64,000 bases of DNA, from contig CAXXFL010000006.1 in NCBI GenBank assembly GCA_963674965.2, positions 576,001 through 640,000 on the forward strand. Direction: 5' to 3'. Below, piece by piece: positions 29,529 through 39,600 of the stretch. The translations under genes and the position numbers were made by a program. The first letter of the stretch is position 1; the number at the start of each line of letters is the position of its first letter. Origin of the DNA: a bacterium (GTDB taxonomy: Bacteria; RBG-13-61-14; DATKZS01). The notes below the pieces were generated by a model. The model saw only the letters and a program-made list of their open reading frames with translations, made no database searches and was not told the origin of the DNA.

Positions 29529-30577
29529 TTCTTCCCCCATTGTTCGGCTTTTTGCCGTTTTTTATCCGTGCCCAAGGCAAGGGACTTGCTCGAGCCGCTC
29601 CAGATGCTCTTGTTGTCCTCGGCCTCGTGCAGATTGGTCCGGAACATGCCCGCGTTGGCGAAGTTCGAGCGGTCGAGCTGGGCGTGGGACATGTCGGCCC
29701 ATGAAAGGTCCGCCCCCGAGAAGTTCGTCAGCTCGGCCTTGACCTCAGCCATCTGGGCCTTGTGCAAGTTCGCGGCGGACAGGTCGGACCCGACCAGTTT
29801 CGCCCCCTGCATGCCGGCCTTTTCCAGGTTGGCCTTCTTCATGCTCGATCCCGACAGGTTGGCCTCGAAGAAGTTGGCGTACTCGAGACGCGCGCCATCG
29901 AAGACCGACTTCTCCAGGTCGGCCTTCATGAAGCCGCCCTGCTTCAGCCTCGAGCCGGTGAAGTCGCATCCCTTTAAGCTGCACTCCGTGAACTGGCACT
30001 GGGTAAGGTCCATCCTCGAGAAGTCCACCTTGTCAAGCTTGGCCTTGTTAAAGCAGGAAAGCTTGATCACCGCTCCCTTGAAGAAGTTGTTGGAAAACTC
30101 GCACTCGATGAAAATGGTCCGGTCCAACCGCGCGCCCGAGAAGTCGGCCCCCCCCATGTCGCAACCCTGCAGGACGCAGGTCTCCAGGCGGGACTCGCGG
30201 AAATGGGCGTCCGCCAGCCTCGATTTCGTGAACACCGACGTATCGAGCTTCGACTTGGCAAAGCCGGACCCGCCGAGGTCGCACTCGATGAACTTGGTGA
30301 AATCCATTTTCGTCTCGGACAGGTCGGCGTTCTTGATCTCGCATTTGATCAGGTTCGCCTCATTCAAATCGGCCTTGACGAACCTGGCCCCCGACATTTT
30401 ACAGTCGTTGAATATGGCCTCCCTCAGCCTGGCCCCGCTGAAGTCGCAGCCGTCAAAGGTTACCTCGGTGAATATACCGCCGGAGAGGTCCGAGTTCCTC
30501 AGGTCCAGGCCGGAAAAGTCGTCGCCGCTGAAAAACTCCCCGGCCTTGACCAGTCTCGAAAGCTCATGGCCCGTCAT
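29525..30577 (-). CDS. Pentapeptide-repeat protein (TagB-like)
   Basis: Continuous A(D/N)L/Fxx pentapeptides; overlaps both neighbours by 4 nt. Confidence 0.9.
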   Translation of the reverse strand: MTGHELSRLVKAGEFFSGDDFSGLDLRNSDLSGGIFTEVTFDGCDFSGARLREAIFNDCKMSGARFVKADLNEANLIKCEIKNADLSETKMDFTKFIECDLGGSGFAKSKLDTSVFTKSRLADAHFRESRLETCVLQGCDMGGADFSGARLDRTIFIECEFSNNFFKGAVIKLSCFNKAKLDKVDFSRMDLTQCQFTECSLKGCDFTGSRLKQGGFMKADLEKSVFDGARLEYANFFEANLSGSSMKKANLEKAGMQGAKLVGSDLSAANLHKAQMAEVKAELTNFSGADLSWADMSHAQLDRSNFANAGMFRTNLHEAEDNKSIWSGSSKSLALGTDKKRQKAEQWGKK

Positions 30578-33477
30578 TTCGGCCTCCAGTTCTCGATGAT
30601 CGTATTATCGAGGTTGCATCCGCTGAAGTCGGTCCGGGTTATGGTGGCCCGCAGAAAATCGACGCTGAAAAGGTTGGCGCCCCGAAAGGAGGCGTTGACC
30701 AGAAAGGCCTTGGACAAGGAACCTTCCATAAGGTTGATACCGTCGAGCCGAGCGTCTTCCAGCCTGGCCTTTCGAAAGAGCGCCCCCCTTGCCTGAGCCA
30801 GTTTCAAGTTGGCCCGAGTCAGGTCGGCCTCGAGGAAGTTCGATCCCGACAGGTCCGCCCCCGAGAAGTCCGCGTCGCGCATCTCCAAGCCCTGGAAATT
30901 GGACTTGGCCAGTCTCGCCCCCCGGAACCTCGCTCCTTTAATGCTCTTCTTCTCCGGGTCCGCCGCCACGAAGCAGGCCCCCTCCATCTCAGCCCCGTCG
31001 AAAATCACTCCATCCAAAGACGCGTCGGCAAAGGAGCTGCCCTTTAAAACGGCGCCGCTGAAATCCGTATCCCTGATCGCGCAGTTGCAGAAAACGCTCG
31101 AGGTCAGATCGGCGTTGACGAAACTCGCGCCCACAATATCCGCCCCGATGAACTGCATGTCCGGCATGATGGCCTCGCGAAACTTGGCCCCCTTCACCGC
31201 GATATCGAGGGCCTCCACGTCGGTAAAGTCGCAACCGGCAAAGTCGGCGCTCGTGAAATTGCCCCTCGTAATCACCGCCGACTTGAGACTGGCCCCCACG
31301 AATTTGGCCCGAGTCGCGTGAACTCCCCCCACGTTGGCCCCCTCGAGGTTGGCCCCGGAAAGGTCCGCGTCCATAAGGTCCGCCCGGACCATTATGGCCC
31401 CCCTCAAGTTGGCCCCCTTCAGGCTCGCGCCCTTGAAATTAACCTGCTCGAGAAAACAGCCGCTGAGATTTACTCCGTCCAGGTTTTCGCCGGACAGGTC
31501 CAGGCAGGCCCAGTCCTGGTTCGAGACGTCCTCCCCCCGCGAGATGGAGCGCAAAAGAACGTCCGTCACCAGCTCGGCCGGCTCCTTGTGGGGAGACAGT
31601 CCGTCGTCCATGAAGTGGGCCACCATGACGTAGCTTTCCTTGAAAGCCGCCGCCGCCGCCGAGAGGGATTCCTCGACCTCCTTCATCCGGTCGCCGGCCG
31701 CCTCGCGTATTTGTCTCTCGAACTCCGCCGCCGCGTCCTCCGGCAAGCCCGCCCCCTTCGCGGCCTCCAGGTGCTGCATGGCCTCCATCAGCTGGGGCGA
31801 GAGCTGCGACAACTGGCTCATCGCCTCCTCCGCGTCCAGCCGGGGCAGAGGGGAAGGACTCCTTTTCTCGACGTCCAGATCGTCCAGCGAGGCAAGCGCC
31901 GCCTCGAGCCTCTCCCCGTCCTCGTCCGAGGCGCCGCTCATCGCTTCCTCATGCTCGGCGAGTTGTTCCTTGATCTGCTTTTTAGCCTTCTCTATCTCCG
32001 ACTTGGCAAGATCGAGGGCGTCCTTTTCCTTTTTCGCCGAGAACTCCTCCACCACCCCCATCAGCTCGTCTATCTTGTCAAAGGAAAATTCCCGCAGGTC
32101 TATCTTGGAGGCGTCGCCCCCCGTAATCCCCGGCAGGATCGATTCCATCTTAAGGTTAAGGGCCTCGACGTCAGCGTCCGGCTTGGCGGGACCGGTATAT
32201 TCCGCCAGCGTCTTTTGAAGGTCCATGCTCGTTCCATCGGGAACGTACTTCTGGGCGTCCTCTGGAAGCTCGACCGAGTCCATGTCCTTTTGGGCCCGGT
32301 CCATGGCCTCCTGGATTTTCTCGTTGGCGAACTTCTCTATCCCCTCAGCCTTGGCGGAGATGTTTTTCTCCAGCTCGCTCTCCTCGCCGCCTTCCTGGCT
32401 CATCTCCTGGAGAAGCTGCAAGGCCGTCTTATGCTCCGCCGGGATGAGGTCGCCCGTGACCAGGTTGTCCAGCATGGAGTCGTCGCTTTTTATCCGGAGT
32501 TCAAGCGCCTTCAGGTAATGATCGTAAGTACGGCGCTCTCGCGACTTGTCCTCATAGCCGAGCAGGACGTGGCTGATCTTTTCCGCCTCGTCGTCCTCCA
32601 CCTCGATGCCCTTGCGCCAGATCGTCAGCGCCATGAGCTTCTCCGGAAAGAACCAGAGGGTGTCGAGGTTCATCTCCAGCTCGACGAACTCGGGACAGCC
32701 GCCGCTCGATTCCCGCTTTATGAAACAGCGAGGATAAAAAGGCGGCAGCCCGCCGCTTATCACCGGCAGTTCCGGATGCATGTTTAATATCTCGTAGGAC
32801 TCGTCGCCTCGAAAGTATCCGTCAATCCACTGGTCCCTCGGCGCGCAGAGGAAATAGCGCCAGGAAAAGTCCTCGGGATAGCCGGGAAAGCACTTCTGCT
32901 TGTAGGCGTCGTCGTATGTCCCCTGGTAGCGCCTCCGTTGCGGAAGAGAAGGCCCGAGTGGGGCCAGGCCGGCCGGCTCGGGCGTCTCGCCGGGGGAGGT
33001 CACCAGCTTGCGCGGGTCTTCCACCTGGGGAAGCCTTCCGTCACGATAGCCGATTCCATCCGGGTTCGCCTCGTACCCCTTGCCCCCGAAGGCGTGAGCG
33101 TAGTCGATGGGCGCGGACAATACCGCCTCGTGGCCCGCGGAAGTACCCATGTCCCACTTGCGGGGTCCGAAGACGTAGAGGTTTTTATCCTTCGACCCCA
33201 CCTTGATCCTGACCTCGCCGCCGGTCACCGCCTGCCCCCCCGGCGCGAAAAAGCTTCCCGAGACCAGGTATTCGCCGTTCGGCTTGGGCATGCCAGCGTC
33301 GGGCATGGCGGCCTCTCCCATCACCTCGAAGGAGTCCTTGATAAAATTGAAATCCAGGAGGGTCCCGCCGGTTTTAAGGTTTATTCCCAGCGTGGCCGAG
33401 GCGATAAAGTAAAACCTCCGGTTCTGCTCGAATACCCGGTGGAAAAAACCCACCTGAAGCGGTCGGTATATCTTCAT
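30574..33477 (-). CDS. DUF2169 adaptor fused to acidic helical region and pentapeptide repeats (TagAB-like)
   Basis: DAGMPKPNGEYLVSG, AFGG...NPDGIG, GTYD, APRDQW, NMHPE, LDTLWFFPE; C-terminal pentapeptides. Confidence 0.9.
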   Translation of the reverse strand: MKIYRPLQVGFFHRVFEQNRRFYFIASATLGINLKTGGTLLDFNFIKDSFEVMGEAAMPDAGMPKPNGEYLVSGSFFAPGGQAVTGGEVRIKVGSKDKNLYVFGPRKWDMGTSAGHEAVLSAPIDYAHAFGGKGYEANPDGIGYRDGRLPQVEDPRKLVTSPGETPEPAGLAPLGPSLPQRRRYQGTYDDAYKQKCFPGYPEDFSWRYFLCAPRDQWIDGYFRGDESYEILNMHPELPVISGGLPPFYPRCFIKRESSGGCPEFVELEMNLDTLWFFPEKLMALTIWRKGIEVEDDEAEKISHVLLGYEDKSRERRTYDHYLKALELRIKSDDSMLDNLVTGDLIPAEHKTALQLLQEMSQEGGEESELEKNISAKAEGIEKFANEKIQEAMDRAQKDMDSVELPEDAQKYVPDGTSMDLQKTLAEYTGPAKPDADVEALNLKMESILPGITGGDASKIDLREFSFDKIDELMGVVEEFSAKKEKDALDLAKSEIEKAKKQIKEQLAEHEEAMSGASDEDGERLEAALASLDDLDVEKRSPSPLPRLDAEEAMSQLSQLSPQLMEAMQHLEAAKGAGLPEDAAAEFERQIREAAGDRMKEVEESLSAAAAAFKESYVMVAHFMDDGLSPHKEPAELVTDVLLRSISRGEDVSNQDWACLDLSGENLDGVNLSGCFLEQVNFKGASLKGANLRGAIMVRADLMDADLSGANLEGANVGGVHATRAKFVGASLKSAVITRGNFTSADFAGCDFTDVEALDIAVKGAKFREAIMPDMQFIGADIVGASFVNADLTSSVFCNCAIRDTDFSGAVLKGSSFADASLDGVIFDGAEMEGACFVAADPEKKSIKGARFRGARLAKSNFQGLEMRDADFSGADLSGSNFLEADLTRANLKLAQARGALFRKARLEDARLDGINLMEGSLSKAFLVNASFRGANLFSVDFLRATITRTDFSGCNLDNTIIENWRPK

Positions 33478-33496
33478 GACGCCCTTTCCAGGTCCA

Positions 33497-36283
33497 TCAC
33501 GCGAACAGCTTGATGTCGGCCTTCTCTATCCCCGCCACCTGCTTTTGCACGGCCAGGCTGAGATTGATAAGCTGCATCTCTCCCTTGGTCAGGTGCGTCA
33601 TCATCTTGCGAAGAGCGAACTTCTCCATGTCCGCCTTGACCGCCGCCTCCTTTTCAACCTTGGTGCCCGGACCGTTCCACCTGAACTTGCCGTTGGTCGA
33701 CTTGAAAGTAAGCGTCGACGGCTTGCCCTCGATCTCCATGCCGATGCCCGCGCCGGCCTTGATGGTGAAGAAAAGGCTCGCGTCAAGGTCGATCGCTATC
33801 TTGGCCGAGGCGTTGATGTTTACACCTATGGTCGTCGACGCCTCGATGGCTATCTTCGTGGTGTTGGTCGAGGCGCTGAGGGTGATGCTGACGTTAGGTA
33901 TACCCGCGGCGCTGGCCGTGAAATTGAACCAGGGAGGCCAGGTCGTGTAACTGAACGAGGCGACGGCCGTCTCCGGATGCGTGATTATAACGGTGTCGTT
34001 CCAGTCATTGTCCGTGGTGCTGTGTGAAGTCAAAGTGCCGCCGCTCGTCCACTTCTTTTCCTCTTCAATGTTAGTCGAGCCGCCCCGCATGCTGTAAGTC
34101 TTCTTGGAACCGTCCCCGCGATAGACCCATTCGACGTGCTTGCCGCCGCGCTCGATGCCTAGAGTGTCGCCCTCTTGGACCGACACGCTGCCGCCCTTGG
34201 CGAACTCGTAGGAGTTCCCGAATTTCTTCTCCACCCAGATATCGCCGTTGCCCCAGTCGCCGCTCGGCTCGCTGTCCTCGGGGGGCCAGTCGATGCTCGA
34301 CCAATTGGGACCGCCGGCGTCCATAAGGTCGTTGTCCTCCAATTTATTCAATTCGGCGTCCTGGGCGATGTGGTTCTCCACGTAGTTGTTTCCCAGGTTG
34401 TAGTTCCAGTAGCCGCCGAAGTCGTAGATGTTGCCCTCGTGCGTGATGAACTTGTCGCACTTCTGCAGCCGAACGTGTCCCCGGTCCACCAGGTACTTCC
34501 ACTTGTCCGCGTTCGAGCCGAGTCCGTCGAAATCGCTCGGGTTTCCATAGATGGTCTTTTCCTCGTCGCTGGGGGAGCCGCCGTGGACGAAGGTCTTCAT
34601 GCCCGTGGGCTTGAAGGACCCGTTGTAGTCGTACATCTTTTCCAGCAGGTTGGAAATGCCCCCGGGCGCGGCGTTAGCCTCGGTCCTCGCCCCCTTGAAC
34701 ACGACGTACTCGCCATAGGAGTTGTTCGAGTCGTACCAAAGGCTGCCCGGCGTATGTATGTGAATACGCTTGTTCCCAGCGTCGTCATTCATCTCGATGG
34801 AGTTGTCTCCCGAGGTCTTGATGAGGTTTCTGGTGAAGTTGATGTCGGTCACCACGTTGGGGTCCTCGGTCGAGGGGATCGGACCCGCGATAAAGGGACG
34901 GTCCGGGTCGCCGTGAGCGAAGGATAAAAGGACCTCCGCTCCTTTCCGAAGCGGGAAATGCATGCCCTCATTAGGCCCGGCCAAAGGCTGGATGGAACGC
35001 ATCCAACGAGAGGCCTTGTGACCGTCCAGGTCGCTCCGGTCAAAGGGCAGCTTGATTTTATACCTGCCGTATTGATCGAGCTCCGCGTATTGGCCCGTGC
35101 CCTCAGCCGAGACCTTGGCGTTAACCGGGCCGTGGAAACGGGGCTTGGGCGTCGTCCTCTCAGGCCGGAACTGAACGTCATAGGGAATCGCGACTATATT
35201 GTTGCGGTAATAAGCCCTTTTCTCCTCATCCGACAAAGACCTCCTGATCCCCGACGCCATAAGCGCCGCCTGGCTGCCCTCATGGTGGATCGAGGTCAAA
35301 AGATACTTCTGGTTGTAATCGCTCCGGTAATGGCGGTCAAGCTCGAAAAAGAAACCGACCCGGATGTAGGCCGCCTCCGTGTCGCCGTAGAACACCTGGC
35401 CCCGGCAAAGTATTTCCTCCGCCCTCACCTCCGCGTACTTGTTGGCCTCGTCAATGTTCTTGACGTGCTCGCCGTATAGGTAAACCTCGCCTCGCCCGCT
35501 CGCGGAAACCTCCGCCTCACCCTCGATGATGGGAGGTGATTTGCGATGGTTGAAGTCCTGCAGAACGACCTTTTGGGGAAGCGGCTTCCGCCTGCAAGTG
35601 ATCGAGGTCGCTATATTGTCCTGCTGACTCGTCTCCAGGCCCGACACCGGAGAAAAATGGACTTTCTTTCTGCCCGGAGGAAGTTCCGCGTGAATCATCT
35701 TGCTGTCGGTTATGACCAGAGTCTCCGATGAATCACCCTGCTCGAAAAAATAATAGATGCCCTCGCGCTCCATCCATCTTGAAATAAAATCGAAATAGGT
35801 CTCCTCGAACTGGCAGACGTAGCTCCAGCGACGGAATTGGAAAGGATGGGACTCGTTAAGACGGGACAACTCCAGCCGGTAGTCGTTAGTGCTAAGTCCC
35901 CCGTCCTGAAGCACCTGCTCCAGTATCTCGGGAAAAGTGCTTTGCAGATACACCTCAGACATGTAGTATTGAGTTAGTTGCCATAGCTTGGGAACCAGAA
36001 TCGCCCGGTAAAAAGCGTTCTGACCCACTTGGTTCATCTGCTCGAAGCTCGAGATAATGCCGTGTATGGGAAGTTTCTGGTTAGGCCGTAAATATAGTGT
36101 AGCGGGATGGGATAAAATCGCCTCCAAATCTATCTCGGGATCGCTCGATACAAGAGATATATCGAACTCATAGAGCCCGCTGAGAGCCTCGTCTCCCTTG
36201 AAGCTAACGACCGCGAAAGAGTCCGACGCGATCCCTGGAGCCGAAGATTCAAAGAAAAACTTCTTTTCTTCCAAATAGGTCAT
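33497..36283 (-). CDS. vgrG: Type VI secretion spike VgrG/TssI with C-terminal extension
   Basis: GDEALSGLYEFDI, QFEETYFDFISRWMEREGIYYFF, FRPERTTPKP, DQYGRYKIKLPFD, GMHFPLRKGAEV, GDPDRPFI. Confidence 0.95.
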   Translation of the reverse strand: MTYLEEKKFFFESSAPGIASDSFAVVSFKGDEALSGLYEFDISLVSSDPEIDLEAILSHPATLYLRPNQKLPIHGIISSFEQMNQVGQNAFYRAILVPKLWQLTQYYMSEVYLQSTFPEILEQVLQDGGLSTNDYRLELSRLNESHPFQFRRWSYVCQFEETYFDFISRWMEREGIYYFFEQGDSSETLVITDSKMIHAELPPGRKKVHFSPVSGLETSQQDNIATSITCRRKPLPQKVVLQDFNHRKSPPIIEGEAEVSASGRGEVYLYGEHVKNIDEANKYAEVRAEEILCRGQVFYGDTEAAYIRVGFFFELDRHYRSDYNQKYLLTSIHHEGSQAALMASGIRRSLSDEEKRAYYRNNIVAIPYDVQFRPERTTPKPRFHGPVNAKVSAEGTGQYAELDQYGRYKIKLPFDRSDLDGHKASRWMRSIQPLAGPNEGMHFPLRKGAEVLLSFAHGDPDRPFIAGPIPSTEDPNVVTDINFTRNLIKTSGDNSIEMNDDAGNKRIHIHTPGSLWYDSNNSYGEYVVFKGARTEANAAPGGISNLLEKMYDYNGSFKPTGMKTFVHGGSPSDEEKTIYGNPSDFDGLGSNADKWKYLVDRGHVRLQKCDKFITHEGNIYDFGGYWNYNLGNNYVENHIAQDAELNKLEDNDLMDAGGPNWSSIDWPPEDSEPSGDWGNGDIWVEKKFGNSYEFAKGGSVSVQEGDTLGIERGGKHVEWVYRGDGSKKTYSMRGGSTNIEEEKKWTSGGTLTSHSTTDNDWNDTVIITHPETAVASFSYTTWPPWFNFTASAAGIPNVSITLSASTNTTKIAIEASTTIGVNINASAKIAIDLDASLFFTIKAGAGIGMEIEGKPSTLTFKSTNGKFRWNGPGTKVEKEAAVKADMEKFALRKMMTHLTKGEMQLINLSLAVQKQVAGIEKADIKLFA

Positions 36284-36648
36284 GGCGAAACCCCTCTTAT
36301 TTCATCTTGCCTGCTTTTTACGTTCTAAATTCCTGAACGATTTCAGGACGCCCGCGTCCGTGGAATGTAAGTTAAATATCCATTTTTACAGGGTTAAATA
36401 CCATATTTTGTCTCTTCATTCCACTGTTTAGCGCCGCTCTTCCAAGGACGACGAAAATAATAGCGCCGCCGAGTTGACCTATGATTATACGGCAACATCA
36501 GCGGCACTTCCACTTCATTTAATAAAAAACCGGACTGGACCCAGCGCAAGACTGGACGGACATTTTTATTACAATACCATTTTTACAGTTTCCATGTGCT
36601 AAGCCCAGCCGCCTCTCGAGGGGAGACTGGGGATTTGTTCATTCTCCC

Positions 36649-39600
36649 CTACTCCACCGTTACCGTTACCAGGGGCTGTTTGATCAGCTCTTCGCAGTAG
36701 CGGCCTTTTCCGTCAACGCCGCATGGGGGGAGGTGGGCGTTGAGGAGGAGGGAGCCGGGGGCGGTGGGGAGGAGGACGATGGCGGAGCGGCCGCCGGTGG
36801 CGATGGGGCCGGTCACGTCGTAGCGGCCGCTCGAGGCCGCGCCGTCGCCGCCGAGGAGGGTGGCCGAGGCGGTCGAGGAGGGGTCGATGGTGAAGATGAT
36901 CCCCAGGCTCGATGTGTGCTTGCCGCCCTGGTTGAGGGCGCCCAGCTCGATCCGCACCGTGCTTCCCACCTCGGCCGTGACCGCCGTGTCGCCGTAAACC
37001 TCGAGGGCGACCGGACGGCTGGGGTTGCCGGAGGTGGAGAGGTTGGCAACCATCTGGCGCAGGACCGCCAGGTCGAGCGCCGAGATAATCTCGTCCATAT
37101 CGAGTTCCTGCGAGTCGCCGTTGGGTGGGAGCACGCCCGTGTAGGACGCGTCCTTCAGCGACGCGCGGGCGTTCAAGGCGCCGAGGTCCAGAGGCGAAAC
37201 CAGGCCGTCGGCGCTGACCGTGCTCCCCGAGTCCGCCCAGCTGAAGCAGGCCGAGCCGCCCGTCACGTTCTCCGACCAAATGTCCGTGCCGTTGTAATAC
37301 TCGTGGCAGTTGGCGTTGCCGTCGCCGTCAAAGTCAGACGCGCAGCCGTCGCCCGGGTCGAGCGGATCGAGGTTCAAGGCATGGCCGCTCGAGTTCGCCA
37401 CCTCGTAGCCGTCGGGAAGAGCGTCGCCGTCCGTGTCCCACTCGAGGGGATCCAGGCCCAGCCCCGGCTCCTCGTCGTCACCGAGCCCGTCCTCGTCGCT
37501 GTCCTCGAGGCAGGGGTTGGTCTCGCCCGGGTCCACCACGCCGTCGCCGTCCTTGTCCTCACCGAATATGGTCCCGTCGAGAAGGCCGTCGCCGTCGGTG
37601 TCCGCCTCCGTAGCGTCGAGACAGGCGCTCGAGACCGCCTCGACGTAGTCGCCGATCCCATCCGAATCAGTATCCTGCCTAAGCGGGTTGGTGCCGTAAG
37701 TCCCAAGCTCGAGCCCGTCGCCGATGCCGTCCGAGTCGCTGTCAAAGGCGCAGGGGTTGGTCTCGGTCGCGTCCACCACCCCGTCGCCGTCCTTGTCCTC
37801 CCCGCTCGGCGTGCCGTCCAGAAGCCCGTCACCGTCGCTGTCCTCGTCCGTGGGCGACGTGCACCAGGGGACCTCGAGCCCGTCGCTCAGGCCGTCCGAG
37901 TCCGTGTCAACCTCGAGCGGGTCCGTGCCGTATACCGTCACCTCGGCGCCGTCGCCCAGCGTATCCGTGTCCGTATCGAAAAGGCAAGGGCTCGTCTCCG
38001 TCGCGTCAACAACCCCGTCGCCGTCCTTGTCCTCGCCCTGGCTCGTGCCGTCCAGAAGACCGTCGTCGTCCGTGTCGTCGTCAGTCGGATCGAGGCAGCT
38101 TACGACCACCGCCTCGAGGCGGTCGCCGAGGCCGTCCGAGTCCGTGTCAACCTCGAGCGGGTCCGTGCCGTAAGTCAGCGCCTCGTCGCCGTCGCCGAGG
38201 AGGTCGCCGTCCGAGTCGTCGTCGCAAGGGTCGGTCTCCGAGGCCCCGACCTCGCCGTCAAGATCGAGGTCCTCGCCCGCCGAGCAGACGAGAGTCGCGC
38301 CGTCATACACCGCGGTATCGCCGTCGCATAAGCCGTCGCCGTCCGAGTCCGCCTCGGACTCGTCAGTGCAGCCCGAGGTCTCGATCCAGTCCGGAAGGCC
38401 GTCGCCGTCGGTGTCCACCGGCTCGAGCGACACCTCATGCACCGTGGTATCGCCGGCCACAACCATTAGCCCCTCCTCGAGGTACGGCTCGTAGCCCGGC
38501 CAGCTCGAATAAACGTAGGCCGCTCCGGGAGCAAGACGGATCGAGTAAAGGCCGCCCGCCTCGCTCACCACGGACTTGCCCGAGACCTCGAGCCCGACCC
38601 CCACCAGCGGCGCGCCGCCGTGACCGTAAACGTGGCCCATCAGCACGCCCGAGGTGCCGGTCTTCGCCGCCAGCACCACGTCCTTCCTGGTGGTCTGGTT
38701 CACGCCAACGTTCACCGTCCCCGACCAGGTGGTGAAGTTGGCCGCCTGCACCTGCATGGGATATCCCGAGCCCGCCAGAAGGCTCGAGAGCTTGTAGTAG
38801 CCGCCCGCCCCGGTGGTGGCCACGCGGGGAGGACCGCCAAGGATCACGATAACGTTCGCGCCCTGCACCCCGAAGCCCGTCACCGAGTCCGTCACGTAGC
38901 CCTCGACCGAGCCGTAGTCGCCCTCGTCGTGGCCCACCCTGAGGTCGTACTCCGTGTCCTGACCCCCGATGGTGTCGCCGTACTGATATACTTCAGCGTA
39001 ATAAAGACCCTCGGACAGGTACATGAAAATACGGCTCGAGCCGCCGCCGTCCTGGCCCGAGTCGTCGTCGAACGCGATGGGGACCACCGTCGAGCCGGCC
39101 ACCGAGTAGCCGTAAAGCTCGATCACCGTGTCGCAGCGGTCCGCCAGGTTCTCCGTATACACAGAGTAATATCCCGTGTCCCCAAAGGCCACGGAGAACT
39201 TCACCCAGTCACGGTCGCCCGAGTCGTGGAAGTTGTGGGCCTGCGCCGAGCTCGAGTTAACCTCGACGCTCGAGCCGGAGCTCCACCAGTCGTCGTCCTC
39301 GTAAGGGTCCGGGCCGAACACCGTGATCGAGAACTCCGCCGCCGCCGTCACCCGGCCCTCGAGATCGATCGCGTATAACGTGGCAGTATATCGGCCGTTG
39401 ACCGTGAACAGCTCGGCCAGCTCGGCCGAGTCCAGCCGACGCCGCCAGTCGTCCGTCGCGCTCGAGTACTCGAGGTAAACGCGAGGCAGGGGATTGCCCT
39501 CCTCGTCCTCCAGCCAGGGCGTGTCGAAGTTGCCCTCCGACTGGGGAGGTGAGAAGCCAGGCGGCGTCAAAATGGCGAACATGGCCGATATCTCGCTCGA

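Noticed and set aside
29034-32787. 521-aa and 489-aa plus-strand ORFs
   Set aside because: Antisense to pentapeptide and DUF2169 genes; no independent motifs.
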